Shown here: positions 12,901-22,015 of the stretch, in pieces
How the letters are laid out: each line of letters begins with the position of its first letter
Position numbering within the stretch: the first letter of the stretch is position 1
Origin: Flectonema sp. DT1601
Taxonomy: Eukaryota
DNA: 64,000 bases
Direction of reading: 5' to 3'
Assembly (NCBI GenBank): GCA_964019425.1
Contig: OZ025805.1
Coordinates: 930,001-994,000, forward strand
Program-made: the position numbers and the translations under genes
The notes under the pieces: generated by a model
Seen by the model: only the letters and a program-made list of their open reading frames with translations
What the model was told of the DNA's origin: nothing
Databases searched by the model: none

Positions 12901-15900
12901 GACCAGGATGATCGTCAATGCATCTGGATTAATAACGGATGTACTTGCAACACTGATCCAAGAACCTGTTCCGAAATTTCAACTCGTGCAACTTGTCAGA
13001 AATCTCATTGCCCAGACCAGGATGATCGTCAATGCATCTGGATTAATAACGGATGTACTTGCAACACTGATCCGAGAACCTGTTCCGAAATTTCGACTCG
13101 TGCAGCTTGTCAGACATCACATTGCCCAGACCAGGATGATCGTCAATGCATCTGGATTAATAACGGATGTACTTGCAACACTGATCCAAGAACCTGTTCG
13201 GAAATTTCGACTCGTGCATCTTGTCAGACATCTAATTGCCCAGACCAGGATGATCGTCAATGCATCTGGATTAATAACGGATGTACTTGCAACACTGATC
13301 CAAGAACCTGTTCCGATATCTCAACTCAAGCTGTTTGTCAGAGCTCTAATTGCCCAGACCAGGATGATCGTCAATGCATCTGGATTAATAACGGATGTAC
13401 TTGCAACACTGATCCAAGAACCTGTTCCGATATCTCAACTCAAGCTGTTTGTCAGAGCTCTAATTGCCCAGACCAGGATGATCGTCAATGCATCTGGATT
13501 AATAACGGATGTACTTGCAACACTGATCCGAGAACCTGTTCCGAAATTTCGACTCGTGCAGCTTGTCAGACATCACATTGCCCAGACCAGGATGATCGTC
13601 AATGCATCTGGATTAATAACGGATGTACTTGCAACACTGATCCAAGAACCTGTTCTGAAATTTCAACTCGTGCAACTTGTCAGACATCTCATTGCCCAGA
13701 CCAAGATGATCGTCAATGCATCTGGATTAATAACGGATGTACTTGCAACACTGCACCAAGAACCTGTTCCGAAATTTCAACTCGTGCAACTTGTCAGACA
13801 TCTCATTGCCCAGACCAGGATGATCGTCAATGCATCTGGATTAATAACGGATGTACTTGCAACACTGATCCAAGAACCTGTTCCGAAATTTCAACTCGTG
13901 CAACTTGTCAGACATCTCATTGCCCAGACCAGGATGATCGTCAATGCATCTGGATTAATAACGGATGTACTTGCAACACTGATCCAAGAACCTGTTCCGA
14001 TATCTCAACTCAAGCTCTTTGTCAGAGCTCTAATTGCCCAGACCAGGATGATCGTCAATGCATCTGGATTAATAACGGATGTACTTGCAACACTGATCCA
14101 AGAACCTGTTCCGATATCTCAACTCAAGCTGTTTGTCAGAGCTCTAATTGCCCAGACCAGGATGATCGTCAATGCATCTGGATTAATAACGGATGTACTT
14201 GCAACACTGATCCGAGAACCTGTTCCGAAATTTCGACTCGTGCAGCTTGTCAGACATCACATTGCCCAGACCAGGATGATCGTCAATGCATCTGGATTAA
14301 TAACGGATGTACTTGCAACACTGATCCAAGAACCTGTTCTGAAATTTCAACTCGTGCAACTTGTCAGACATCTCATTGCCCAGACCAAGATGATCGTCAA
14401 TGCATCTGGATTAATAACGGATGTACTTGCAACACTGCACCAAGAACCTGTTCCGAAATTTCAACTCGTGCAACTTGTCAGACATCTCATTGCCCAGACC
14501 AGGATGATCGTCAATGCATCTGGATTAATAACGGATGTACTTGCAACACTGATCCGAGAACCTGTTCCGAAATTTCGACTCGTGCAGCTTGTCAGACATC
14601 ACATTGCCCAGACCAGGATGATCGTCAATGCATCTGGATTAATAACGGATGTACTTGCAACACTGATCCAAGAACCTGTTCCGAAATTTCAACTCGTGCA
14701 ACTTGTCAGAAATCTCATTGCCCAGACCAGGATGATCGTCAATGCATCTGGATTAATAACGGATGTACTTGCAACACTGATCCAAGAACCTGTTCGGAAA
14801 TTTCGACTCGTGCATCTTGTCAGACATCTAATTGCCCAGACCAGGATGATCGTCAATGCATCTGGATTAATAACGGATGTACTTGCAACACTGATCCAAG
14901 AACCTGTTCCGATATCTCAACTCAAGCTGTTTGTCAGAGCTCTAATTGCCCAGACCAGGATGATCGTCAATGCATCTGGATTAATAACGGATGTACTTGC
15001 AACACTGATCCAAGAACCTGTTCCGATATCTCAACTCAAGCTGTTTGTCTGAGCTCTAATTGCCCAGACCAGGATGATCGTCAATGCATCTGGATTAATA
15101 ACGGATGTACTTGCAACACTGATCCAAGAACCTGTTCCGATATCTCAACTCAAGCTGTTTGTCTGAGCTCTAATTGCCCAGACCAGGATGATCGTCAATG
15201 CATCTGGATTAATAACGGATGTACTTGCAACACTGATCCAAGAACCTGTTCCGATATCTCAACTCAAGCTGTTTGTCAGAGCTCTAATTGCCCAGACCAG
15301 GATGATCGTCAATGCATCTGGATTAATAACGGATGTACTTGCAACACTGATCCGAGAACCTGTTCCGAAATTTCGACTCGTGCAGCTTGTCAGACATCAC
15401 ATTGCCCAGACCAGGATGATCGTCAATGCATCTGGATTAATAACGGATGTACTTGCAACACTGATCCAAGAACCTGTTCTGAAATTTCAACTCGTGCAAC
15501 TTGTCAGACATCTCATTGCCCAGACCAAGATGATCGTCAATGCATCTGGATTAATAACGGATGTACTTGCAACACTGCTCCAAGAACCTGTTCCGAAATT
15601 TCAACTCGTGCAACTTGTCAGACATCTCATTGCCCAGACCAGGATGATCGTCAATGCATCTGGATTAATAACGGATGTACTTGCAACACTGATCCGAGAA
15701 CCTGTTCCGAAATTTCAACTCGTGCAACTTGTCAGACATCTCATTGCCCAGACCAGGATGATCGTCAATGCATCTGGATTAATAACGGATGTACTTGCAA
15801 CACTGATCCAAGAACCTGTTCCGAAATTTCAACTCGTGCAACTTGTCAGACATCTCATTGCCCAGACCAGGATGATCGTCAATGCATCTGGATTAATAAC

Positions 15901-17064
15901 GGATGTACTTGCAACACTGATCCAAGAACCTGTTCCGATATCTCAACTCAAGCTCTTTGTCAGAGCTCTAATTGCCCAGACCAGGATGATCGTCAATGCA
16001 TCTGGATTAATAACGGATGTACTTGCAACACTGATCCAAGAACCTGTTCCGATATCTCAGCTCAAGCTGTTTGTCAGAGCTCTAATTGCCCAGACCAGGA
16101 TGATCGTCAATGCATCTGGATTAATAACGGATGTACTTGCAACACTGATCCGAGAACCTGTTCCGAAATTTCGACTCGTGCAGCTTGTCAGACATCACAT
16201 TGCCCAGACCAGGATGATCGTCAATGCATCTGGATTAATAACGGATGTACTTGCAACACTGATCCAAGAACCTGTTCTGAAATTTCAACTCGTGCAACTT
16301 GTCAGACATCTCATTGCCCAGACCAAGATGATCGTCAATGCATCTGGATTAATAACGGATGTACTTGCAACACTGCTCCAAGAACCTGTTCCGAAATTTC
16401 AACTCGTGCAACTTGTCAGACATCTCATTGCCCAGACCAGGATGATCGTCAATGCATCTGGATTAATAACGGATGTACTTGCAACACTGATCCGAGAACC
16501 TGTTCCGAAATTTCGACTCGTGCAGCTTGTCAGACATCACATTGCCCAGACCAGGATGATCGTCAATGCATCTGGATTAATAACGGATGTACTTGCAACA
16601 CTGATCCAAGAACCTGTTCCGAAATTTCAACTCGTGCAACTTGTCAGAAATCTCATTGCCCAGACCAGGATGATCGTCAATGCATCTGGATTAATAACGG
16701 ATGTACTTGCAACACTGATCCAAGAACCTGTTCGGAAATTTCGACTCGTGCATCTTGTCAGACATCTAATTGCCCAGACCAGGATGATCGTCAATGCATC
16801 TGGATTAATAACGGATGTACTTGCAACACTGATCCAAGAACCTGTTCCGATATCTCAACTCAAGCTGTTTGTCTGAGCTCTAATTGCCCAGACCAGGATG
16901 ATCGTCAATGCATCTGGATTAATAACGGATGTACTTGCAACACTGATCCAAGAACCTGTTCCGATATCTCAACTCAAGCTGTTTGTCAGAGCTCTAATTG
17001 CCCAGACCAGGATGATCGTCAGTGTGTCTGGAGTGAAGTTGGGTGTACTTGCCGATTGATTTAG
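6988..17064 (+). CDS. Giant secreted Cys-rich tandem-repeat protein, copy 3 (3358 aa, about 87 units)
   Basis: Same signal peptide and terminal sequence as copy 2. The frame is open for 10 kb and Cys/Trp positions are invariant among variant units. Confidence 0.88.
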   Translation: MIYSIAVILTFALSQRPCDSYGNLRSCRRAVCPDLRTQQCTWIRTTRECKCVKPSCDDFSTPTTCHTSNCPDQDDRQCIWINNGCTCNTDPRTCSEISTQASCQSSNCPDQDDRQCIWINNGCTCNTAPRTCSEISTRATCQTSHCPDQDDRQCIWINNGCTCNTAPRTCSEISTRATCQTSHCPDQDDRQCIWINNGCTCNTDPRTCSEISTRAACQTSHCPDQDDRQCIWINNGCTCNTDPRTCSEISTRATCQTSHCPDQDDRQCIWINNGCTCNTDPRTCSEILTRATCQTSHCPDQDDRQCIWINNGCTCNTAPRTCSEISTRATCQTSHCPDQDDRQCIWINNGCTCNTDPRTCSEISTRATCQTSHCPDQDDRQCIWINNGCTCNTDPRTCSEISTRATCQTSHCPDQDDRQCIWINNGCTCNTAPRTCSEISTRATCQTSHCPDQDDRQCIWINNGCTCNTDPRTCSEISTRATCQTSHCPDQDDRQCIWINNGCTCNTAPRTCSEISTRATCQTSHCPDQDDRQCIWINNGCTCNTDPRTCSEISTRATCQTSHCPDQDDRQCIWINNGCTCNTAPRTCSEISTRATCQTSHCPDQDDRQCIWINNGCTCNTDPRTCSEISTRATCQTSHCPDQDDRQCIWINNGCTCNTAPRTCSEISTRATCQTSHCPDQDDRQCIWINNGCTCNTAPRTCSEISTRATCQTSHCPDQDDRQCIWINNGCTCNTDPRTCSEISTRATCQTSHCPDQDDRQCIWINNGCTCNTAPRTCSEISTRATCQTSHCPDQDDRQCIWINNGCTCNTDPRTCSEISTRATCQTSHCPDQDDRQCIWINNGCTCNTDPRTCSEISTRVTCQTSHCPDQDDRQCIWIHNGCTCNTDPRTCSEISTRATCQTSHCPDQDDRQCIWINNGCTCNTDPRTCSEISTRATCQTSHCPDQDDRQCIWINNGCTCNTDPRTCSEISTRATCQTSHCPDQDDRQCIWINNGCTCNTDPRTCSEISTRVTCQTSHCPDQDDRQCIWIHNGCTCNTDPRTCSEISTRATCQTSHCPDQDDRQCIWINNGCTCNTDPRTCSEISTRATCQTFHCPDQDDRQCIWINNGCTCNTDPRTCSDISTQALCQSSNCPDQDDRQCIWINNGCTCNTDPRTCSEISTRVTCQTSHCPDQDDRQCIWIHNGCTCNTDPRTCSEISTRATCQTSHCPDQDDRQCIWINNGCTCNTDPRTCSEISTRATCQTFHCPDQDDRQCIWINNGCTCNTDPRTCSDISTQALCQSSNCPDQDDRQCIWINNGCTCNTDPRTCSDISAQAVCQSSNCPDQDDRQCIWINNGCTCNTDPRTCSEISTRAACQTSHCPDQDDRQCIWINNGCTCNTDPRTCSEISTRATCQKSHCPDQDDRQCIWINNGCTCNTDPRTCSEISTRASCQTSNCPDQDDRQCIWINNGCTCNTDPRTCSDISTQAVCLSSNCPDQDDRQCIWINNGCTCNTDPRTCSDISTQAVCQSSNCPDQDDRQCIWINNGCTCNTDPRTCSEISTRAACQTSHCPDQDDRQCIWINNGCTCNTDPRTCSEISTRATCQTSHCPDQDDRPCIWINNGCTCNTAPRTCSEISTRATCQTSHCPDQDDRQCIWINNGCTCNTDPRTCSEISTRATCQTSHCPDQDDRQCIWINNGCTCNTDPRTCSEISTRATCQTSHCPDQDDRPCIWINNGCTCNTAPRTCSEISTRATCQTSHCPDQDDRQCIWINNGCTCNTDPRTCSDISTQALCQSSNCPDQDDRQCIWINNGCTCNTDPRTCSDISAQAVCQSSNCPDQDDRQCIWINNGCTCNTDPRTCSEISTRAACQTSHCPDQDDRQCIWINNGCTCNTDPRTCSEISTRATCQTSHCPDQDDRQCIWINNGCTCNTAPRTCSEISTRATCQTSHCPDQDDRQCIWINNGCTCNTDPRTCSEISTRAACQTSHCPDQDDRQCIWINNGCTCNTDPRTCSEISTRATCQKSHCPDQDDRQCIWINNGCTCNTDPRTCSEISTRAACQTSHCPDQDDRQCIWINNGCTCNTDPRTCSEISTRASCQTSNCPDQDDRQCIWINNGCTCNTDPRTCSDISTQAVCQSSNCPDQDDRQCIWINNGCTCNTDPRTCSDISTQAVCQSSNCPDQDDRQCIWINNGCTCNTDPRTCSEISTRAACQTSHCPDQDDRQCIWINNGCTCNTDPRTCSEISTRATCQTSHCPDQDDRQCIWINNGCTCNTAPRTCSEISTRATCQTSHCPDQDDRQCIWINNGCTCNTDPRTCSEISTRATCQTSHCPDQDDRQCIWINNGCTCNTDPRTCSDISTQALCQSSNCPDQDDRQCIWINNGCTCNTDPRTCSDISTQAVCQSSNCPDQDDRQCIWINNGCTCNTDPRTCSEISTRAACQTSHCPDQDDRQCIWINNGCTCNTDPRTCSEISTRATCQTSHCPDQDDRQCIWINNGCTCNTAPRTCSEISTRATCQTSHCPDQDDRQCIWINNGCTCNTDPRTCSEISTRAACQTSHCPDQDDRQCIWINNGCTCNTDPRTCSEISTRATCQKSHCPDQDDRQCIWINNGCTCNTDPRTCSEISTRASCQTSNCPDQDDRQCIWINNGCTCNTDPRTCSDISTQAVCQSSNCPDQDDRQCIWINNGCTCNTDPRTCSDISTQAVCLSSNCPDQDDRQCIWINNGCTCNTDPRTCSDISTQAVCLSSNCPDQDDRQCIWINNGCTCNTDPRTCSDISTQAVCQSSNCPDQDDRQCIWINNGCTCNTDPRTCSEISTRAACQTSHCPDQDDRQCIWINNGCTCNTDPRTCSEISTRATCQTSHCPDQDDRQCIWINNGCTCNTAPRTCSEISTRATCQTSHCPDQDDRQCIWINNGCTCNTDPRTCSEISTRATCQTSHCPDQDDRQCIWINNGCTCNTDPRTCSEISTRATCQTSHCPDQDDRQCIWINNGCTCNTDPRTCSDISTQALCQSSNCPDQDDRQCIWINNGCTCNTDPRTCSDISAQAVCQSSNCPDQDDRQCIWINNGCTCNTDPRTCSEISTRAACQTSHCPDQDDRQCIWINNGCTCNTDPRTCSEISTRATCQTSHCPDQDDRQCIWINNGCTCNTAPRTCSEISTRATCQTSHCPDQDDRQCIWINNGCTCNTDPRTCSEISTRAACQTSHCPDQDDRQCIWINNGCTCNTDPRTCSEISTRATCQKSHCPDQDDRQCIWINNGCTCNTDPRTCSEISTRASCQTSNCPDQDDRQCIWINNGCTCNTDPRTCSDISTQAVCLSSNCPDQDDRQCIWINNGCTCNTDPRTCSDISTQAVCQSSNCPDQDDRQCVWSEVGCTCRLI

Positions 17065-17841
17065 TCAGCGGTATATTGTTCGTCGTTTTAACAAATTATG
17101 ATTAAAAAAAAAACTCTGGATGATTGTAAAGTAGATGAAGATGTTTCTCTTTGTAAGCTTCAATGAGTGTTTCATATAGTTATGCGAAGCTGTTCATGCT
17201 ATATTTCTGTTGTCTTTATTCTCAAGATATTTTTATTCGCTCAAATGATTTAAGTAGTGATGAATGCACTCTGTAAGGCTTGTGTTCATGGCTATTCGTT
17301 TTGCTCTCTCACACGATAGTGTCTTTTTGTTTTGCATTAAGACTCATCATGTTTTTACTAACAATATAAGAACTGATTTTTTCATAGTTCGCTTTTCCTG
17401 CCATATCAGATTTTTTTAGTCGGCGTCTAACAATTGCCTTTTTCAAGTGAAATGCTGCAGTGAGCATTGTTATTGTTTGAGCATCGGTAGCAATGGAGTG
17501 AAGTTAATTCATCCGAAGCTACTGAGTTACCTGCTTATACTTCTCATGTTATACTGCAATGTTGGATACATTCTGACGCATTTCTTCCTCGAGATTGTCG
17601 TTGAACGCTGCTGTCTTTTTTCTAGTTTCCTCTCTCTGTTTAGACTGTTATATGTCTATGATAGAATTGTTTTAGGTGGAGAGAATTTTGTCGCTGTGTC
17701 TCTCTTGTAGCCAAGCTTGCTACGTTGATTTTGATGGATTTGAAACTGGGGTTTGTGAAATCTCGATTCCATTATGAGCAGTAAATTTTTATTGTAATTT
17801 AATCATTGTAATTCATTATAACTAAAAGATTCATATAAAAT

Positions 17842-18738
17842 ATGTCGCGTGGTATTTCTCCTAATCGACTTCATAAGCGAATCCCTATTGAGTATGTGTC
17901 TCCTCATCACGTGCGAGCTGTTGATTCGATGATGAGAATACGACACTTAGAAAACTCAATTGAAGGAATTTTTATTGAAGAAACATATCAAAGAGTTCCG
18001 CTGTCGCCGTCGACACCCAACGGATACGTATCTCAATATGTGAGATCACCCGGTGGAATTAATAGAATATCACAAAGTATAGACAGTCCTGTGTATGACT
18101 TTCAAAGTCAAGATCACAGTCCTGTTAGGTCACCTTATGGATCTCCAAAAATGCAAACACCCGGTAGCCCTGTTGGTGGGAGTGTTGACGGAAATATCAT
18201 TCCAAGAAAATTCGAAGCCATGGTCGGAGAATGGAAAGCCAGGGCAAGTGAATTGAATTCGAACATTCAAAGACATAAACATGAAATTGTTAAAAGTAGA
18301 CCTTTACCAGGACGAATTGGGAGTAGTTCTGTAGAAGCAGTTGATGCACCACCTTCTGTTGCAGTATCGGTACCTCCATCTGTTCATACTGATGATATAG
18401 AAGGGATGGTTGGAATGGATCATTTGCAAAAACAAATTATATCGCTAATCGATTCAAATCGTCCAGAGAATCCAATTAGATTTGACTACCTCTGCAGTCA
18501 TACCGCTACTGTTGCAGCAACAGCACTGAATTCAGGTGGTAGTACACCTACCGTTGAAGGTCTGGTTACTTTTGTTCATAAAGGATCGGTTGAATCACTT
18601 TCAAGTCAACTTCCTCCACAACTTCTCCAGTCATCAGTTACTCACGTCGGGGCTGCACATTATAATCAGGGGATCATAATTTGTTATACTCATACTGGCA
18701 TTCCCTCTAATGAGAATAATGTAGATCCGGACAAGTAG
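17842..18738 (+). CDS. Hypothetical Ser/Pro-rich protein (298 aa)
   Basis: Long ATG-initiated ORF with protein-like composition; no family recognised. Confidence 0.7.
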   Translation: MSRGISPNRLHKRIPIEYVSPHHVRAVDSMMRIRHLENSIEGIFIEETYQRVPLSPSTPNGYVSQYVRSPGGINRISQSIDSPVYDFQSQDHSPVRSPYGSPKMQTPGSPVGGSVDGNIIPRKFEAMVGEWKARASELNSNIQRHKHEIVKSRPLPGRIGSSSVEAVDAPPSVAVSVPPSVHTDDIEGMVGMDHLQKQIISLIDSNRPENPIRFDYLCSHTATVAATALNSGGSTPTVEGLVTFVHKGSVESLSSQLPPQLLQSSVTHVGAAHYNQGIIICYTHTGIPSNENNVDPDK

Positions 18739-18935
18739 TTATCATGTCCTGTTGATAGTTGTTACCTTTTACAAGGGAATGAATTGAGGGCGGGTTATTA
18801 CACTCCTCAAGCATGTTTTTTTTTTTCTTCTTTTTCAAATAATTATATTGTTAAGGTTTAGTTATAATAATAGCATCGTTTTCCTGAACTGACGACTTCT
18901 TCGGATGATTATTCTGACGTTACTTTTGTTATGCA

Positions 18936-19187
18936 ACGAGGGTATTCTACGTTCATCCCAATTTTTTTCTTTCTTTTTTTTTTTTTTTTTTTGAGGGAGG
19001 TGAGAGGCAAGTATGCCTCTCACCTCCCTCCTTTCTTTTGCTAATTCCCATATTTACAGCAACAGTACTTTCCGAATATGATGTATTTGAAAAAAAAAAA
19101 AAAAAAACGTGTTATATTTATTTATTTGTTTTTGTTATATATTTTTTTTCTTGCATCCCCTTGACGAGGGTATTCTACGTTCATCCC
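18936..19187 (-). mobile_element. Putative short retroposed insertion with 24-bp direct repeats, poly(A) tail and terminal hairpin
   Basis: acgagggtattctacgttcatccc at 18936-18959 and 19164-19187. A T-run (poly(A) on the minus strand) follows the first copy. Perfect 17-bp stem at 18993-19009/19014-19030. Confidence 0.45.
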
Positions 19188-19500
19188 CTTTTTTTTTTGT
19201 ATCCCGAAAAAAAAAAAAAAAAAAAAAAAATAGAAACGAAACCATAGACAACTATCTTATTTGACTGGCTGTTTTTCTTAGTTATATTTGTTCGACGGCG
19301 TGAGGTGGCCTCTCCGCTGTCGGTGTATTCAGTGCGCTTGTTGTCTTCCTACAATTAATCTTTAATTAAGTTACGTTACGTTTGACAGAATACGAGTTTC
19401 AGATATGTGTTGGTTAAATATAAAGAGACACGAAGTGTAACTTGCATGCTGTTCTTGAAAGTTTCTTGTTTATTTACTTTCCTGTAAAAACAGTCACAAG

Positions 19501-20799
19501 ATGTTTGGGTCAGACGGATGGGTTCGAAAAAAGAGAGAGTTACGAGAGCAAAAATCATTTCGTTGGGGGGAAGTACTACGAGGCAGAGGGAGGGCAGACA
19601 CACCACCACCAGTTCGAAGAGCGTTATCAGTATCACAGTGTGAACCAAGAGCATTCGGTGATCCTCCAGAGATGAATAGAAGTAATTCACAAAGAAGATC
19701 TAAGGCTCAATTACTTTCAGACTTGGGAACACTTCGTAAAGTTGATATAATAAGAAGAGAGACAGTCAACGAAGAACAACTCAACGTGTTGGGTAATCCA
19801 AATAGAACATTAGAAAATAATTTCAAGCCAACAATTGGAGTTCGCAGCAAACTATTCGAAAACCACGAAATCCACGACATCCCCAGAAGTAGACACTCAA
19901 TTATGAATGATAAAAGTACATTACCGAAGTTTAATGAACTTCGTAGTGTTGATTTCAATAGAAAAGAAGATGCTCGCAGTCGTATTGTTCACCTCCACGA
20001 TCCCGTCAAAGACAGAGAGTCTCGTTGGATAAGTTCACCAACTCCGATCGATAGATTTCCTGATCCACTTGAGCTAAGCGATCTTCACGGTAGAAGAAAA
20101 GGAGCTGTCCGAGCGAAGGTTTTTGACTGGCAAGTTGACCAGCAGCAGAGACTCATTCGAGAGAAGGAAGCTAAAGCAGCAAAACTGATGGAAATGCAAC
20201 CTAGGTCACCCTCGATTGTGAGGAGAGGATCGGCAGCAGGAGCGTCACCTCACACTCCGAGAAAGCAAAAAATTCCTCCAAAGGTCGAGGATGAACTCCG
20301 AAAATTACAAGAAGAAAATACAACACTTCGTAAAACTGTTGAACAAGTTCAAATGAGATCTCCCTCAGCTGATAGAGTTGCTCATAGATTTACTGAAAGA
20401 AGTCAACCACATTCATCTCTCGAACCCACTCCAATTGATATGTTAGAATACGTTTGGATACCTCGACGACAGATAGAAGAATGGCAACAGCTATTCACTG
20501 GCAACTCATTCTATAACAAAGTTGTTAATTCATCAGTCAGATATGTAGGAACACAAGGAACATATAAAGTTGGAATCATAACGGACATTCTTAATGAGAA
20601 ATATTTAGTGATTGACACCTCTCATGAGATTGAATTGGTTCAGGTTCAAAATGTATCTAATTCTTGTTTTTCTCAAAGTGAAGTTCAAGATGATCTCCTA
20701 CGACACGCATCTACATCACATGCTTCTCCGGAACGACAGCCTATTCCTAAAGAGGAAAATGTGTTTGCGCATTCATTTGCTGTTGATTCAACAGTTTAA
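19501..20799 (+). CDS. Hypothetical protein with coiled coil and C-terminal Plus3-like domain
   Basis: C-terminal IPRRQIEEW..FYNKVVNSSVRY..YKVGII..YLVI..VSNSCFSQSE follows the Rtf1 Plus3 pattern. The start may be the later Met at 19672. Confidence 0.65.
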   Translation: MFGSDGWVRKKRELREQKSFRWGEVLRGRGRADTPPPVRRALSVSQCEPRAFGDPPEMNRSNSQRRSKAQLLSDLGTLRKVDIIRRETVNEEQLNVLGNPNRTLENNFKPTIGVRSKLFENHEIHDIPRSRHSIMNDKSTLPKFNELRSVDFNRKEDARSRIVHLHDPVKDRESRWISSPTPIDRFPDPLELSDLHGRRKGAVRAKVFDWQVDQQQRLIREKEAKAAKLMEMQPRSPSIVRRGSAAGASPHTPRKQKIPPKVEDELRKLQEENTTLRKTVEQVQMRSPSADRVAHRFTERSQPHSSLEPTPIDMLEYVWIPRRQIEEWQQLFTGNSFYNKVVNSSVRYVGTQGTYKVGIITDILNEKYLVIDTSHEIELVQVQNVSNSCFSQSEVQDDLLRHASTSHASPERQPIPKEENVFAHSFAVDSTV

Positions 20800-21372
20800 A
20801 ATATTACTGTCTACTTCTGACGTATTCTTTGATGTGTTTTTTCGACTGGTGACACCATCAATGCATTTTAGAAGTCTGTTTGATTATATTAGAGAGGTCC
20901 AGAGGAAGGAATGAATTCACCTTGTCTGTACATTCTTTCTAGAATGAACGATTTCATTACTACAGTAAAAAGGCTGATTTCACGTGAGATGATCAAAAAA
21001 AAATATTAGTTTGTTTAGACGGGCATCTCATATTTTAATTATATTTGTATTTCTTCAACCCTCTTTGTCTCTACAACCCCCCTTTTCCTCCATATGCGTT
21101 TTGTTCAGACGATTTTTTTTTATATCGAAAGAGAAATTTACTTCGCAATTTAATGACCGCGACTAATTAACTACTAACCTCATAGAAGCAATTCATTCTG
21201 ATGCTCTCATGGTAGGGTGATTAATTCCATTATTTCGTTTGTTGGGGGGGGGGTGGCAATGTTTTGGATTTTTTTTTTTTGGAGTTTGACACAGGGAGTC
21301 TACTTTACAAGCGGAATGCTTCCAATCGTTAGCTTTTACCTGACGTGACCTATTTCAAAATGTTTAGGTAAG

Positions 21373-21407
<35 letters not shown>

Positions 21408-22015
21408 TCAATTTGTACACTATAGTGTGTGCATAACCATATGGGTAATCAACGTTCACATTTTTGTCATTATCGTGGAACTCTGCAAAGACCATGTGCA
21501 CGATATACGTTTCCTTAGAATTTTAGTTTGACTTGTATGTTTCCTTTTGTTTTAGAGACGTCTATTAGGCACTACGATCAAGAAATGAAAAAAAAAAAAA
21601 AAAAAAAAAAAAAACGATATTGTTACCATCGTAGTCTGGTAAGTATCTCGCATATCCTATTCTCTCTCCCATCCCTTTTGTGTGTTTTATTATTATTAGT
21701 TTTTTAAAAAAAAAAGAAATAATTGTAAAAAAAAAAAAAAAAAAAAAGAAAAGTAGTAACCTGTAACCGCTTAATAAATAGTAAGTAACATGATTATCTG
21801 CGTGTTAGTAATTTATTTTGTTTTTCTCCCACTCAGATGAACATAAAGCGAGACGAAAGGATCGTTAGGCCATGCTTTCACACCGTGAATCGGTACTGAA
21901 AATCGCATATCGAGCAAGCTTTTACCCTTATGCTCTACGTGAGATTTCTGTTTAGATTCACAGGACTGACATATATTTCTTTTTTTTTTCAATAATTTCA
22001 TTCATACATAACAGA

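Larger units (their letters stand above)
1..17064 (+). repeat. 114-bp coding minisatellite arrays within three tandem paralogues
   Basis: The unit ...cccagaccaggatgatcgtcaatgcatctggattaataacggatgtacttgcaac... recurs every 114 nt in about 1-1915, 3050-6150 and 7190-17020. Confidence 0.98.

Noticed and set aside
82..16876. Long alternative-frame ORFs (MIVNASGLITDVLAT...) over the repeat arrays
   Set aside because: By-product of a stop-free 114-bp unit. This frame is broken by point changes in gene 3 while the Cys frame stays open and has a signal peptide.
1..17064. CRISPR-like array
   Set aside because: Units are contiguous coding repeats with no unique spacers, and no cas genes are present.
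2329..17710. Spacer ORFs 2329-2592, 6395-6850 and 17447-17710
   Set aside because: GTG starts or inconsistent lengths and ends across the three copies; similarity is explained by recent duplication of non-coding DNA.
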